Assembly: GCA_958009085.1 (NCBI GenBank)
Contig: OY253672.1
Span: forward strand, 1,116,001-1,180,000
DNA from: Protoeuglena noctilucae
Lineage: Eukaryota
DNA length: 64,000 nucleotides
Direction of reading: 5' to 3'
The notes under the pieces are model-generated. The model was not told where the DNA came from and made no database searches. It saw nothing but the letters and a program-made list of their open reading frames with translations. Positions 34,566 through 49,525 of the stretch are shown piece after piece; the first letter of the stretch is position 1, and each line of letters begins with the position of its first letter. The position numbers were made by a program, and so were the translations under genes.

Positions 34566-37500
34566 ATGTCGGGGGTGGGGGGCAAGCAGCCGGCGAAGGG
34601 GGGAGGGGGCGCCCGGTTCGAGGACGACGTGTATGCGGGCACGAATGGGTCGCAGTTCGTGGATTCGATCGACGTCAACGATGCGGACGCGGATGATGAC
34701 CGGGAGAACCGCGAGGCCATTCGGAGGTGAGAGATGGGGCTGTGGACCTTCTACTCCCACTCCGTTATCCGTGCCTGACTGGCGGAGAGCGGGAGAGGGG
34801 CCGGGGCGCGTGGAGCGGGGCGTGATGCGTGGCGCCCGCTCTCAGCGGGGAGAAAACTTGATGAGTCGCCTGTTGCATGGATTCTTCGATGCGTCTGTTA
34901 GCTTGGCTTTACGATCACGGGGAGGGGGGGCGGCAGTCCCGGTCCCGTCCTCCCCGGCGCCGGAGGGACGCCGTGAAGCTTGGCCGCGCCCATGCGCGCT
35001 CCGCGGGGCCGCTCCCCCCCTCAAGCGCCCCCCGACGGCCCGCCGTCGCTCCTTTTTATGCTTTCTCAAGCCCGGCACCGACTCTGACCCTGCGCCCGCC
35101 TCCGCAGGAACCTGACGGCCTTCACAGCGTCCCAGTCGGTCTTAGACGAGCGGCCCCATGGGGAGGCGGAGGACGGGACGCTCCCGGCACGTGGGATCGG
35201 GGCGCGTATGTCGGAGTACCACCGCCGGCAGTTCGACCGCATGCTGACGCCCGCGCGCCACGACCCTTTCCTGGCCGGGGAGAAGACGCCCGACCCTCAA
35301 TCCCGGACGTACCAGGACGCCATTCGGGAGGCGAACCTGAAGCGCGAGCGCGACAACACGATGGCCAACATCATGCGCAAGCAGCGGCAGCAGGAGGACG
35401 CCGTGGAGGTGAGGGCTGCCGCTTGTGCGTGCTGCGCGTCGTTGTTGAGAGCCCTGCAGGCACCGCCGCCCCCCGCCGCCCCGCGCAGGAGACGATCAAG
35501 CGCGCCGCGGCGGCGGCGGCGGCCAAGGGGACCGGCACGGGGGCAGAGGAGGGTCCGGGGGCGCAGGTGGGCGACAAGCGCAAGGGAGAGTGGGAGGGGC
35601 CGGCGGGTGATGGGAAGCGGGCCAAGTCCGGGTGGGACGGCGGGGTGACGCCGAGCGGGGCGCGGAACCGGTGGGATGCGACGCCGGCGGGCGGGCGGTG
35701 GGACGGGGCGACGCCGAGCCGCGCGCCGGGCGCCACGCCGGGACGCAACCGCTGGGACGCGACGCCTGCGGACATGAAGGGCGGCAGCAAGTGGGGCGCG
35801 ACGCCCGCGCAGCCGGGCGGCAAGGCGTCCCGGTGGGAGGAGATCCCCGCGGGGGGGATGGGCGCGACCCCGGCGGCGTACGGGGGCGCGACGCCGGCAA
35901 TGGGCAAGACGGCGGTGGGCGGGCTGGGCCTGGCGACGCCCATGGTGGGCCCGGGCATGGGCATGACCCCGGAGATGGTGAAGCTGGCCAAGGTGGAGCG
36001 GGAGATGCTGGAGAGGAACCGGCGGCTGACGGACGAGGAACTGAACCAGCTCATGCCGGCCACGGGGTACGTGGTGGTGGACCCGCCCGGGAGCTACCAG
36101 CCGATCCGGACGCCCGCGCGCAAGCTGATGGCGACGCCGACGCCGATGGTGCAAGGGTACACGATCCCGGAGGCGCCGGAGGGGCCGCTGGCGGAGGCCG
36201 CGGCCGAGAAGGGCATCGGGGTGACGCCGGACGGCATCGAGCTGCGTCCAGAGGACCAGCTGTTCTTTGGGAAGCTGGCGGAGGAGGTGGACGAGGCGGC
36301 GCTGTCGGTGAAGGAGGCGAAGGAGCGGAAGATCATGCGGTCCCTGCTCAAGATCAAGAACGGCACCCCGCAGCAGCGCAAGAGCGCCATGCGGTTTTTG
36401 ACCGAGAAGGCCCGGGACCTGGGCGCGGGCCCCATCTTCGACCAGGTCCTGCCGCTGCTCATGCAGCCGACGCTCGACGACCAGGAGCGGCACCTCTTGG
36501 TGAAGGTGATCGACCGGGTGCTCTTCCGCCTGGACGACCTCGTGCGGCCGTTCGTGCACAAGATCCTCGTCGTGATCACGCCTCTGCTGATCGACGAGGA
36601 CTACTACGCCCGCGTCGAGGGGCGGGAGATCATCGCCAACCTCGCCAAGGCGGCCGGGGTGGCGTCCATGATCGCCGCCATGCGCCCGGACATCGACAAC
36701 CCGGACGAGTACGTCCGCAACACCACGGCGCGCGCCTTCTCGGGTAAGAGCGCGGCGCGCGTTGGTCGGCTGTGGCACCGGTTGGGCACCCCCACTGCCC
36801 CAGCCTCCCGCACCTGCCTTGTACGCCCGCCCCCCACCCCACCGCTGGCGCCTCCCCTGGCTCTCTCCCGCAGTGGTGGCGTCGGCGCTGGGCATCCCCG
36901 CCCTGGTCCCCTTCCTCAAGGCCGTGTGCAAGGCCAAGAAGTCGTGGCAGGCGCGTCACACGGGCATCAAGATCGTGCAGCAGATTGCCATTCTGCTGGG
37001 TTGCGCGGTGCTGCCCCACCTGACGCAGCTAGTCGAGGTCATCGCGCACGGCCTGGCCGACGAGAACCAAAAGGTCCGCACCATCACGGCCCTGTCGCTG
37101 GCGGCCCTGGCCGAGGCGTCCCAGCCTTACGGCATCGAGTCCTTCGACCCCGTCATTAAGCCTCTGTGGGACGGCGTCCAGACGCACAAGGGCAAGACCC
37201 TCGCGGCCTTCTTCAAGGCCATTGGCTACATCATCCCGCTCATGGACGTGTCGTACGCTAACTACTACACCCGCGAGGTCATGATTATCCTGCTGAGGGA
37301 GTTCCAGAACCCCGACGAGGAGATGAAGAAGATTGTCCTCAAGGCGAGTCGCCAGTCGTAGAGCGAGGGCACCCGGTGTGGATGCACGCGTCTCGCACTC
37401 TTATCTCGAGTCATGGACGGCCGCGTGGAGGTGCCGATGGCTGTGTTCATGTATCCAGCTCCCCTGGCTCTGTCGAGGCGTGGATAATTCTGTAAGCAGG

Positions 37501-39805
37501 TCGAGCTTCCAGGGCTCTTTGGCGATGAGATGGCACTAACGCCCTGCCCCCGCTGCCACTCTCGCAGGTGATCAAGCAGTGCGTGCAGACGGAGGGCGTG
37601 GAGCCAGAGTACATCCGCAACGACGTGCTCCCGGACTTCTTCAAGTACTACTGGGTGCGCAAGATGGCCATCGACCGTCGCAACTGCCGGGTGAGGGGCG
37701 GGTGGGTGATGAGGCCTTGGCAGGGGTGATGGGGCGGGCGTCGTGGTAGGGTGAAGGTGGGTGCGGGAGGCCTTGGTGAGTGGGTGCGGAGAGGACGCGG
37801 TGGTTGAGAAACCCCGCATTGTTTACCGCTCCGATAATGACTGGTTGCCGCGCACTGCACCCCCCTGCTCGTCACCCCCGCCCCCTCTCCACGCACACGC
37901 AGTCTTTGATTGAGACGACGCACGCGATCGCCATTAAGGTGGGCGGCCGGCACGTGGTGGAGCGTCTGGTGGAGGACTTGAAGGATGAGAACGAGCAGTA
38001 CCGTCGGGTGGTGCTGGAGACCATCCACAAGATCGTGGCGGACCTGGGGGTGGCAGACGTGCCGGCGGCCCTCGAGGAGCGCCTCATGGACGGCGTGCTG
38101 TACGCGTACCAGGAGCAGACGCCCGCGGACGAGTCGGACACGGTGCTCAAGGGCGTGGCAGCGGTGGTGGCCGCTCTCGACACGCGGGCGGCCCCCTACT
38201 TCCAGCAGATCACCGGGCTGGTCAAGTGGTTCCTGAAGAACAACCTGCCGCGGAGGAGGATGCAGGCCGCGGACCTCGTGGCCAAGATCGCCGGCGTCAT
38301 GAAGGTCTGCGGGGACGAGCGCGACTTGTCCCACCTGGGCCAGCTCTTCTATGAGAACCTGGGGGAGGAGTACCCGGAGGTTTTGGGTTCGATCCTCGGC
38401 GCGCTCAAGTCCATCGTCAACGCCCTGGGCATGGAGAAGATGAACCCTCCGATCAAGGACCTCCTGCCCCGGTGAGACGGCGCAATGACTGGCTTTGGCT
38501 GGCCAGTTTGCAGCTGTGCCTCGCTTCCCTTCTCACGCTGTTTCTTCTGGCTCGTATGAGACGGTGCCATGGCTGCTCACACGGCCGCTTGTTGTTGCGA
38601 TGGGTGTTACTCCCGCTGCCACAAAATGTCCCCACCGCCACCCGCCCTCGCCCCCCGCAGGCTGACGCCCATCTTGCGCAACCGGCAGGAGAAGGTGCAG
38701 GAGAACTGCATCGACCTCGTCGGGCGCATCGCCGACCGCGCCGCGGAGGCCGTGGGTCAGCGCGAGTGGATGCGCATCTGCTTCGACCTGCTGGACCTCC
38801 TCCGGGCGCCCAAGAAGGCCATTCGTCGCGCCGCCGTCAACACCTTCGGCTACATCGCCGCGGCCATCGGGCCCCAGGACGTGCTCGTCACGCTGCTCAA
38901 CAACCTCAAGGTGCAGGAGCGGCAGATCCGCGTCTGCACCACGGTCGCCATCGCCATCGTCGCCGAGAGCTGCCAGCCCTTCACGGTGCTCCCGGCCCTC
39001 ATGAACGAGTACCGCGTCCCGGAGCTCAACGTCCAGAACGGCGTGCTCAAGGCGAGGAGGCTCGCAGAGCCTCGTTTGCAGTAGCTGGGACAACTGCTCC
39101 CGACGAACGACAGCGCGTGCCGGCGCTCTCACCTCCCACCCCTCCCTCGCCCGCAGGCGCTCTCCTTCATGTTCGAATACATTGCGGAGGTAGGCAAGGA
39201 CTACATCTACGCGGCGGTGCCCCTCCTGGAGGACGCTTTGATGGATAGGGACTTGGTGCACCGGCAGACGGCCGCCTACACCATCCAGCACCTGGCCATC
39301 GGGGTGGCCGGCCTGGGGTGCGAGGACGCTCTCGTGCACCTGCTCAACTACCTGTGGCCCAACATCTTCGAGATCTCGCCCCACATCGTGCAGGTGAGCG
39401 TGCACCTGCGACTGCGCACTGCTGTCCCCAGCACTGCCAGCCAATGTCGCTGGCACCCAGCAGTGTTACCAACGCTGAACCTTGCCATTGCACAGTTACT
39501 TTTCATCCTTCTTTATCAAAGACAGATTTCGCCCACTTGCCGATCGTGCCCCTTGGCGCGCCCCACCCCCGCAGGCCACCACGGGCGCCATCGAGAGCAT
39601 GCGCGTGGCCTTGGGCCCTGGCGTCATCTTGTACTACCTCCTCCAAGGCCTCTTCCACCCGGCTCGCAAGGTCCGTGAGGTTTACTGGCGCCTGTACAAC
39701 ACCCTCTACGTGGGGGCGCAGGACCAGCTTACCGCCTTCTACCCGGTGCTGGAAGACGAGGGGCTGAACAGTTTCCGGAGGCACGAGCTCGACATGGTGG
39801 TGTGA
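34566..39805 (+). CDS. SF3B1: Splicing factor 3B subunit 1 (U2 snRNP), multi-exon
   Basis: RWDATP repeats, [83 protein letters not shown]. Confidence 0.98.
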
Positions 39806-40001
39806 GGGCTTAGCCAATGGGACGCACAGTGCGGGTCGCCGGTGCTGGCGGGGTCGCAGGGTTTGCTGGGTTGCAAGGAGCGCAAGCGGGGGCTGCCAAG
39901 GGGTCGCGGCAGCGTGGCGCGTGGCGCTGGAAGATGGGGGGGGTTTCTATTGCTAGGCGTGGCGCGGAGTGCTGAAGGCTGAGCGAAGATGACGTGTGCA
40001 C

Positions 40002-40803
40002 CTAGGTCCCGAAAAGGCCCCAGTGGCAGACGCGGATGGAAGCCAGGACGCGTCGCAACACGTATGCGGCCGCTTCTGGCCCGCCCTGGCGCTGCCCGGC
40101 ACCCGCCTGGGCCGCCGCCACGCTTTGCTGCGGGCAGGACGAGTGCTGGCAATCGCACCTCTCTATTATCCCCAAGCCTGGCATGTGCACTGCACCGCTC
40201 GCGCATCGGCGTCACCTCGGATATGAACACGGGCGCGTGCGAGGACACGAGGACGTCGGAGCGCACGTGGGGTAGTCGCACCACTGCCAGCGCCACCGCC
40301 ACGACGTTCGCAGCCACGCGTTGGTCCTGGCGGCCTTTGCTCATCGTCTGCAAACCCGAAATGATCCCCGAAAAAGACGCTTCCGCCACTCCGGTCGGAG
40401 CCGCGTCCATGCGACTGTTGACCTCGACCGGATGCGCCTCGTTCGTCTCCGCGAGGTCTCGCCAGAAGAAGTCGAGGGCGTCTGCGTCCGCTAGGTCCTC
40501 CCTGTGCTCCACGATCTCCACGATGATCGACTGGTCGGTGCTGGCCTCGGCCCACACCTGCGCACGGGGCTCTGGATGGCGTGTTGTGGCCGGCCCGGCA
40601 CAGAGGCGAGCGAGCCCGCATCCGTACGCGGTGTTCATGACGTGCGCACGCATGGAGACGTCGGCATCGTCGACAGCATTCCATCGCACCTCCTGATGGT
40701 CGGGAACCGGCCGGAAATCAGAGACGTCAAGGAAACGCTCCGGGAGCTCGCACTCCATCGCCCCCCCGAACAGCGGCACGGTTCTCCATCCCTGGCCGTC
40801 CAT
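40002..40803 (-). CDS. MOG1: Ran guanine nucleotide release factor (Mog1 family), multi-exon
   Basis: PLFGGAM..LPERFLDVSDFRPVPDHQEV, DQSIIVEIVE, VRLPHVRSDVLVS, C-terminal WGLFG. Confidence 0.9.
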
Positions 40804-41165
40804 CTCCAAGACGGAGCTGTGCAAAGGCAGAGCGCCCCGTCGATGCTTTGCCTTCAATCGACTGCCGGTGCGCAGCTCCAAAAGGTGGGGCAGGTGCCGT
40901 CGAGCAAGCGAAGTAGAGAAATCCGGGGCAAAATCTCGGCAGTGTACAAGAGCCAGAGTGCATCTGTGTATGAGCGGGGCACCAGAATGCGCTTCGCGAG
41001 CAACGGGCGGCAACTGGCGAGCCGCCGGTAGGTCGGAGAGCCTGGCGCCGTATCGCGGGGAGGAACGAGCTCATTTCTGCACGCACATCGAAAACAACAC
41101 CAATTTTTGGTTCTCCTTGCGTCGATACGTCCACCCCGTGGAGCAAGGGGCCAGGACGGAGGGCC

Positions 41166-43898
41166 ATGACGCTACCAGCAACCAAGCCTCCGGCCTCCGT
41201 GCCCGTGACACTCCTCTCAGGCGCGGCGCGAAACTGTCGACACAGAGCTTCAGCGAGGCAAGACGTCCTCGCGCCATGCGATGCTCAGGGACGCGCTCGC
41301 GTACGGCTCGCCCGCAGGCTTCCTCGGTGCGGGCAAGACGACTCTCCTGCGCAATATTCTGGAGAACAAGGAGGGCAGGAAGGTAGCTGTGATCGTCAAC
41401 GACATGGCGGCAATCAACATCGACGCCGCGCTGGTGCGTTCCGCCGCCTCGCCGTCTCCTGCCGGCCACACGACCCGGCGCTTCCAATCCGCGCGCGCGC
41501 CGCTCTCTCTTGCGTCTGCAGATACGGGAGACCAAGCTGTTGCAAAAGGAAGAGAAACTGGTGCAGCTGCAGAACGGCTGCATCTGCTGCACCCTCCGGT
41601 AAGCTGGCCGACGGGCTGCGCACAGTTCGCCGCCTCCACGTTCGCGTGCGACGCGGGGCTCTCCTCTCCGCCGCAGCGGCGACCTCATTGAGGGCGTCCT
41701 CCAGGTTCTTGAGGATTCGGAGGAGATCGACTGCGTTGTCATTGAGTCCACCGGCATTGCCGACCCCGCCAACTCCGCCAGCGCCTTCACATTCAGGAGA
41801 GGGTGCGCAGCAGCGACTCAAACGAGAAGCGAGCAGAAGTCTGTTGTGTTTATCCGCAACTGCTTGTCCTCGCGCATCGAAGAAGCGCCGCTGGGCTCCT
41901 GCAATGCGTGTGCAGGCCCGAGGGCGGTGCGGATGGTGACATACCCGACGCAGAGGAGGCAAAGATCGAGGCCCTGGCAGCTCGACTGTCGACACGGGCG
42001 CACCTGGACACGTGTGTCACGGGTGAGAGCACCCTGCCCTGGGTGCATGTCGCGCACGTCGCTTGGCCAGCCCTGACGGCTCTGGTCGCTTCTTCCTGAC
42101 CCAGTCATCGACGTCACGGCTTTCAAATCTGACCTGGAGTCATTCGAGGACCTCGATGAGCGCTGGCAGGACGTGGACGAGGAGGATGTCCGGGCTGTCT
42201 CGGAACTGCTGGTGCGTGGGACGGGCTGCGAGGCGTGCTGTGCACTGGCAACAACACGCTGAGCAGCTGGGTGACTGACCAAGGACATGGCGTTCGGTGC
42301 GCATCGCAGGTGTCTCAGGTGGAGTTTGCGGACGTGGTGGTGCTGAATAAGGCGTCCGAGGTGCCGTCGTCAGTGCTGAGTCAGCAAGTGGAGACGGTGC
42401 GGGCCCTCAACCCCACGGCGCGGGTGCTGACGGCGGACTTCGCGCGGGTGCCGGTGGGGGAGGTGGTGGGCACGGGGCGCTTTGACTGGGACAAGGCGCG
42501 GATGGGCGCGGGTTGGCTGAAAGCACTGGAGCGCCGGGCAGCGCATGGGCACAGCGACAGCGACGACGATCACGAGCCGACGCCCCTCGCGGTAAGTGGC
42601 CCGCGCTTGACAGCTGCGCTGCGGCGCTCAGCAGGTCGTTGCACGTGCCGTGCGCGCACACCGCCGCGCTCTCGCACACCGCCATGTCTTGCAGGGTCCC
42701 GAGGGTGGCGTGGGGGGTTTCGTAAGGCAATGCCATGGTCTGGGGAGCTTCGTGTGGCAGTGCCGCCGGCCCCTGCACCCGGGGCGCCTGAAGGACATGC
42801 TCACGTCGTGCTTCCTGCTGCGAGTGGCGCAACTGGACGAGGAACACGATCACGGTCACGATCACGATCACGATTACGATCACGGGGCACACGGGGAGGC
42901 GGGGTGCGGACACAGCAAAGGGGAGTGTGAGAGTTTGGGGCAAGGGTGCGAGGGCAGGGACGAGGAGCAAGAGGAGCATCGTAGGCGGCTGGCAGAGGTG
43001 CGCCATGTATTTGTGATAATCGGGCACTGTCCTAACGAGCGTGCCGGTGCGTAATGCATATGAGCATCTGCCATGCGGCTGCCTGTCTCGCATGGCTGCT
43101 CGCTCTTGTACCAAATCGCTGTGCATTTCTCTATCTGAGCTCTTTGCGCACGTCGCAAACAGATAGGGCCAGCGCTTCGCTCACATCTAGACCCCTTGCA
43201 ACCCTGACCCAGCCGGAACGCATCCCAAGGCCGTGTTTGCAGAAGCGAGACAGGGCGCTGGCTGCCATCCGCGAGCGGTGGGGTGGCATGGTGCGGTCCA
43301 AGGGCTTCCTTTGGGTGGGCGGTCTCAACAGGTGACCCCACAGCTCACAGCACGGGTGCTTGCGTTCGCCTTGCGTTTGCACCGCTGCTGCACCCCTCCA
43401 TACACAATGTCACATTCCCTGCTTTCAGTCACATGGTGGAAGTGAGCCACGCGGGCGCCATGGCGACCCTGGAGGTGTCGGGGCCGTGGATGTCGCACGT
43501 GGGCATCGACGCATTGGCGGAGCTGGAGGGCGATGCCAGGGTGCAGATCGAGAAGGGCTGGAGCCGCGCGGCGCTGCCGGGGGTCCCGGAGGTCGGGGAC
43601 CGGCGCCAGGAGGTCGTCTTCATTGGGCAGGGCCTGCAGGTGACTACTGCCAATGACTCAGGGCCGCATGTGTGGTACACGCAGCTGTGCAGCTGAGGTC
43701 ATGATGCGATAATACGCATGGATAGAGTCTTTCTGATTGCTCGTCGTGGCATTCGCGCAGTGCGATCGCATCGTGGCCGACTGGGAGGCGTGCCTGATGA
43801 CGGACGAGGAGATGGCGCGTGCGGATGAGGTGGAGGACCCATTGTTCGAGGAGACCAAGGCGGCGCTGAGGGACATGGAAGCCGAGGCGCAAGAGTGA
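41166..43898 (+). CDS. CobW/COG0523 metal-chaperone GTPase with His-rich insert, multi-exon
   Basis: [87 protein letters not shown]. Confidence 0.93.
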
Positions 43899-44074
43899 TG
43901 TGGCTACTCGGCTCTTTGGCGCATTGAGTCATGGCTCGCTGTTCTGCTGGCCACCTGTGACTTTTGCACAACAAGCGATGGCTTGCGTGTACCCGCTTTC
44001 AAGCACCTCAAGTGACGCAATAGCGAAGCTGAACCACCACTAGCATTTTCACGACTGTATCAACAGAGAGAGCG

Positions 44075-47000
44075 TCAGTCCCGCATAACCTCTTGCACCG
44101 CCACCACCTGGGCCTGCGTCAAGTGCCCGTGTGCCTCCTGCAGCACAGGGTGCCCCTGCGCCACCATGTGCCGCACGAGAGAGCCGATCTCGGCCACCAG
44201 ACTCACGTCCTACAGAGGCAATGCGGCGTTGATGACCCATTCTCCCCGTACACTCACGAGCACTGCCGTGCCAATCACGCGCGCAACACCCATGCAACAG
44301 AGACGAACCCCACCCCTCGCCTTGACAGGATCTCCCTCCTCCGTGCCACGTAGATAGATGGTCTCGTGGCCTAAAGGCATCTTGGTCTCATCGACGTCCT
44401 CCTGGTCATCCAACACATCGCACAAGTCCAGCCCCTGGCCCTTTACGTCCAAGCCCCCACCGCCGATGCTGCGCGCCGAATGCGACAGTTGCATTGCACA
44501 GGAACAATGTCAACAGGGTCTTACCATTGGGCAAAGCACAACTCAGCTGGTCCCATCGCATGCCACAGCAGGGCAGTCTTGCTACTTTCAGACAAGCCAG
44601 CAAGTCAGCAACCAGCTCATATCATGACACTCGCCTGCTGAGCATGGCCCCGTGCCCCTCTCCCTCGTCGTCCTCAGTCTCCCATTCAGAGTCCCCGTCG
44701 GCCGCATCCCCGCCCTGCTCCCGGGCCTCCACCAGTACCTCCGCCAGCAACATCACGATCTGCGCCATCACACGGGACGACCCTCGTTACGGGGCATCCG
44801 CGGTCCCTCCCTGGTCAACGGCACGGCGCAAGTACCTGACGCAGGTCGGCGTTGTGACTGCATGCCCACCCTTCGCCCCAACAACACAGAGACCCCATTT
44901 AAATCACTACCTAGCTGCTGCGCGCCCTCACCTTGGCCCTCAGAGACACATGCACCCACTGCTCGGCCCCCTGGCTGCGTGCCATCGACCGCGTGCGAAT
45001 GCGGCCGGGGTTGGCATCCACAATGCGTCCAGGGACTGTCACCGCGTCCAAAGCCTCGCTGGGGCACTGCGAAGCAGAGGAGAGGCACAGGAGTGAGTGT
45101 GACTGTCACTGCACCATCCGATTTGTGGCCCAGCCCGCCCCTCCCGCAAAGGCGCAACCTGACTGCCACTCATCACAGCCTGTGGTGGCGTGGCGTCCCT
45201 GCGCTACACAAGCACCCCTCTCGCCTGCAGGAGCTTCATGAGCGCCGTCGTGGTCAGCTTGATGCGGTAGGCGCCCTGCACGTCGCCTTGGTGGCTTGTC
45301 CACCGCCGCATCACCAAGCCCAGGCCGTTGCGGTCCTGGCCATCCACGGGGGTCGAGGCCAGCGTCGCTATCAGGTCATCGCACGCCAGGTGCACTGCGG
45401 AACAAGCAGGCAGGTCTCGCGAGATGGCGGGGAGGGTCTGAGCATTGGTACAGAGCACACACACGCAATGACACAAGATCTCCCTGGTCTATTGAAGGTG
45501 TTCATCACTAGTAGCCAAGCAATAAGGCTCACCCAATCTCGCCACGGCGTCGATGACGTTCACGATGAAGAAGGGGACCGTGGCCGTGTCCAGCCGCCGC
45601 ACAATCACGTGCAGCACGTCCCCGAGGATGGGGCTGAGCTGGTCGGGGAGCGTGGCGATGAGCTGACTCAGGAGGGTGCCGGCGTACGCAGCAGCCTGCT
45701 CGTCCCCTTTGGGATCCAGCAGCACCTCCAGCACCTGCGATTAATGAGAGAGGGCGTGGGGCGCTGTTGCACGTCAGCGATGCGCTCTGACAATCGCTGG
45801 CGCGCAGGTGCAGAAAGCGCAGCGGAGCCTTTGCTGAGCGTCTTCACTCACCTTGAGAACGGCGTGCGTCGCGCTTTGCCCGCCCGCGCCCTCCCAGTCC
45901 CGGAAGGCCGGACCCCCCGCCGCCACCAGCAGCTTCACCAGCACCACCGCGCACTGCACGACCCCGGCGTCGGCCGAGGTGGTCGCGAGGCGCACGGCCG
46001 GCTCAAAGACGGCGCTGTGCACGAGGCGGGCCCCCGGGAGCGACGCCCGGGTCACCATGGCTCCCAGCATGTCCAGCGCGGCCTCTTGGCCATTGGCGGG
46101 GACCTCTGGGCCCAATGCCGTGGGGTCCACGAGAAGTTGCCTGCAAAGGGCCGCAATAGAGAGGACAGGTGAACTGCCTGTGCTTGACGCAGCGTGCGAG
46201 CCGCAGAGTGACGAGCGAGTTCACGGATGGTCCAAATACCGTGAGGGCAGCATGCGAGTTGCAAAGGACACCACAGGGGTAGAGTGTGGCATCACAGGGA
46301 GAGCAGCAAGTTTTGCGATTACCTGAGAGTGGGGAGGACCCGCTGAAGGACCCCCTCTTGGCACTGTGGGATGCCGATGAGCGTGCAAAGCACGTCCTGG
46401 CACGCGGGGGCCAGCACCGGGTCGTTGGTGTGGCGGTACCACACCCCCATGATTGCCCCGCATATCTCCCCCTCGAATGTCGCCGCCGCCTCCGGTACTG
46501 CCCCGACCACGACCCTCAGTGCCTCCAGCACCCACTCCATGCTGTCGTCTGAAGCCACGTGGAGCAGCGAGCCCAGAGCAGGGTACACCTGCAGCAACGC
46601 CGACAGGGAATGGTATGCGTTGTGCAGGTCTGTCTTGAACACCGGCCCAGCGGGATGGAGTGAGCTCGGCAGGATCGCCATGCAAACGCGCTCGAGTCAC
46701 GGGACGCTACCGCAGCCTGCCACTTGCCTGTGGCAGCACGGCCGAGACCAGCTCCCTCGGGCAGCGTGGAACGAAGGCCGCCAGGCCCCGCAGGCCGCCC
46801 CACTGCAGCGGGGGAGACCCTGCGGTGCCTAACACGGCGGCGGCTGCGTGGACGACGGTGGGGACCATCGCATCCGGCACGCCCGCCCCGATGCGCGAGA
46901 GGAGACAGAGTGCCCGGCAGACCACGAACGGCGTCCGCTGGAACGCGTCTGGTGTCAGGTCTCTCGCCACCACTTCGCCCGCCAGGTGTGCAGTGTTGAG

Positions 47001-49248
47001 GCCCACGTCGATCCCTGCCTCTTCCTGCTCAGCCAGGCTGCCGAGCAAGGTGCCCGCCATGCTGCGATGATCGTGAGAGATACAATGCAAGTGGGGGCTA
47101 CAGGAAATGCCCTTTTTTCAGCAGCCTCGCTTCTAGCCAGTAAGATCAGCCAGTGAGAAAAGTAGCGCTTGGCCTCGGCCCCTCCTCGCCCCGTCTCACC
47201 TCAATGCCGCCTCCCGTCTCCGCCACGCCCACGCCCACCGCCCCGCTGCCTCCAGGGCCCCCGCCTCCGCGTGCAACTCTTGGTACGCCCCCACCACCGC
47301 CGCGACACCTGCTGCGTCGTAAGCCTCCACCGCCGCCTCCAGCACCAGCTCGCCGGCCGCCCTCGGCGCCCCGAAGTCCGCCGTGTCCTCGCCCACCAGG
47401 TGCCCCGCATCCCGGCCCCAGTCCGCCTCCTGGCGCACCGTCAGCTGCATCAGCCGCCCTGTCGCCAGCGCCAGCCTCCCCGCCGCGGGCGCCAGAGCCT
47501 CCGCGAGCGCGCTGCGCCCCAGCAGCGCCACGACCAGCTCCAAGTGCTGGCAGACCAGGGCGTCCAGTGCGCTGGCGGCGGTGTGCTCGTCTCCATCCTC
47601 CGGCAGTACGACTGTAATTTCGAAAGGTCCCACCAGGGCGCCGAGGCCCTCCACGGCAGCGGAGAGCAGCGCGGGGGCGGCCGGGTGCACTTGCGGGTGC
47701 TTCAGGTACAGCGGCACCGCGAGCGTGGCCACACGCCTGGCAGTCGTGTGCAGGTGCAGGGAGTCTTCGTCATCTGGGTCGGGGGCTGGGCCGACCAGGG
47801 CAGCGACGTGGCCGAGCACCGCACACGTGTGGGGCATGGAGGCGTCCCTGCGGTCGCGGCGACGGGTAGCCCTGATGCCACTGCCAGGAACCCGGGCACG
47901 CTCTGAGGAGGCGCTCTGCGCTTCGCTGACACGGTGGTCTGCACGCGCGCACCTGACAGCGCGCTGAGCCTTGCCGGTCATGAAGGAGAGGGTGCGGAGG
48001 AGGTGGCAGAGGATGGAGAGGGCCGTGGTGCGGACGCTCGTGGCATGGCCGGACTCCGGGCTGACAGCGGCCGCGACCTCGGGTGCCAGGGCGGCCATGA
48101 GGTCGGGGAGATGGCCATCGTCGAGGTCTTCGGCCACCACGGACAGGCACTGCAGGGCGCCCTGGGAACCGAGCGACGGGCCAGGGAGGGTGATGACGTC
48201 CTGGCACAAAGCAGGTGCCAGACACGCCGAGGAACGGGCGAGCTGGCCAGGTGTCAAGAGCTTTCCACCGGCACGGCTGGTAAGCTGGTGTTCTCACCTG
48301 CAGCGACGCGGGGGAGCGCTTGGTCTGCACCGCTGCCAACAGCTGAGGCATGAGGTCGGGCCACTGCTCGGGCCAGTCGAAGTCCGCGATAGCTGCAACG
48401 GCCGCGCTCAGCAACGTGCGGACCTTGCTGCTGGGATCCGCGAGGCCACCTGGGGGCAACGAGCATAGGCGCGAACCACTGTTGCGCACAGCAGAGCCCC
48501 TGGCGTTACGCTGGCGCGGCAAGGAGCATGGGCATTGGCCAAAGGCTTGACGGTCGCAACGCATCGTGCCGGGCATCGTGCCGGCCGCCCCTTGCGTAGG
48601 CGCACCGAGGACAGCGGAGCGGATGGCGTGTTTCTCTTCTTCTGCAATCCCTGGCGCCACGAAATCCCCAGCCGCAGGCGACCAGCGAGTGGTGACGTAT
48701 TTCTGCGTCCAACACGAACCAGTGCCCGTCGCATAGCCCCGCGACGGGGTCGCCGCGCGCACAGCAGGCGTGGTGAACACGGCAGAAGACCCTCTGATCA
48801 GCCGCGAACGAATCAGGCGGATCCGAGCGCGCAGGTACGACCTTCACGCTGTAGCTGCGAACTCGTCACCGCCAGGATTGCCCCGCTCACCTTGAGCAAA
48901 ATTGCTGCCAGCTGCCGGACCCCGTCCTCAACCGAAGCCTGGTCCAGCGCAACGGCGAGAATGCCCGGCGCGAATCCCGGCCTGCCCATTGCAGCCTCTG
49001 CGAAGAACGCGGAGAACGCGGGCCAGGTCGGGGCGGAGCCGGGGCGCGAAGTCCCATCACTGCTTCGAAGTGGGCCTCCCTGTACGAGGATCCACGGAAA
49101 ACGCGGGTGCGGGATCCGTCCGCGACGCAGAGTAGCTTCACAGCACAGCATGCACGGTCTCGCCTATCTGCTTCTCGGCGTGCTCGCGGACATCAGCCTG
49201 CGTGTCCAGGGCCGCCCTCAGGACAGCCACCACGCTCGCGTCCGCCAT
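44075..49248 (-). CDS. IPO9: Importin-9-like karyopherin beta, multi-exon
   Basis: VRQLAAILLK, EEEKHAIR, GLADPSSKVRT..AIADFDWPEQWPDLM, WRRREAAL, NDPVL, acidic C-terminal loop. Confidence 0.82.
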
Positions 49249-49525
49249 CCTCCCGCGTCTCTCAGGGCAACCCACTGCGGTGGGAAGCCGCCGCGGCAAG
49301 TACGCGAATCCCAGCTTCGGACGGAAGGGTCACTTCGTTAGCTCCCGCAGCGTGCTGCACGTGCACGCATGAACGAGCCTACTGACATCCAGAGACGTTT
49401 CTATGGATCTCGGGTGCTCAGGTGGACAATTGCTTCATGTCCTTGCCGCAAACGATGCCATGGCCGTGAGAGTCGGTGCTGGCGTCATCCCGAAACTCGC
49501 GTCGAAGTCTGTGTTGCGCTGTGAC

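Noticed and set aside
36700..38860. Substitutions at SF3B1 hotspot or drug-binding residues that might explain the GC donors
   Set aside because: Equivalents of R625, H662, K666, K700 and R1074 appear conserved, and SF3B1 acts at the branch point rather than the donor
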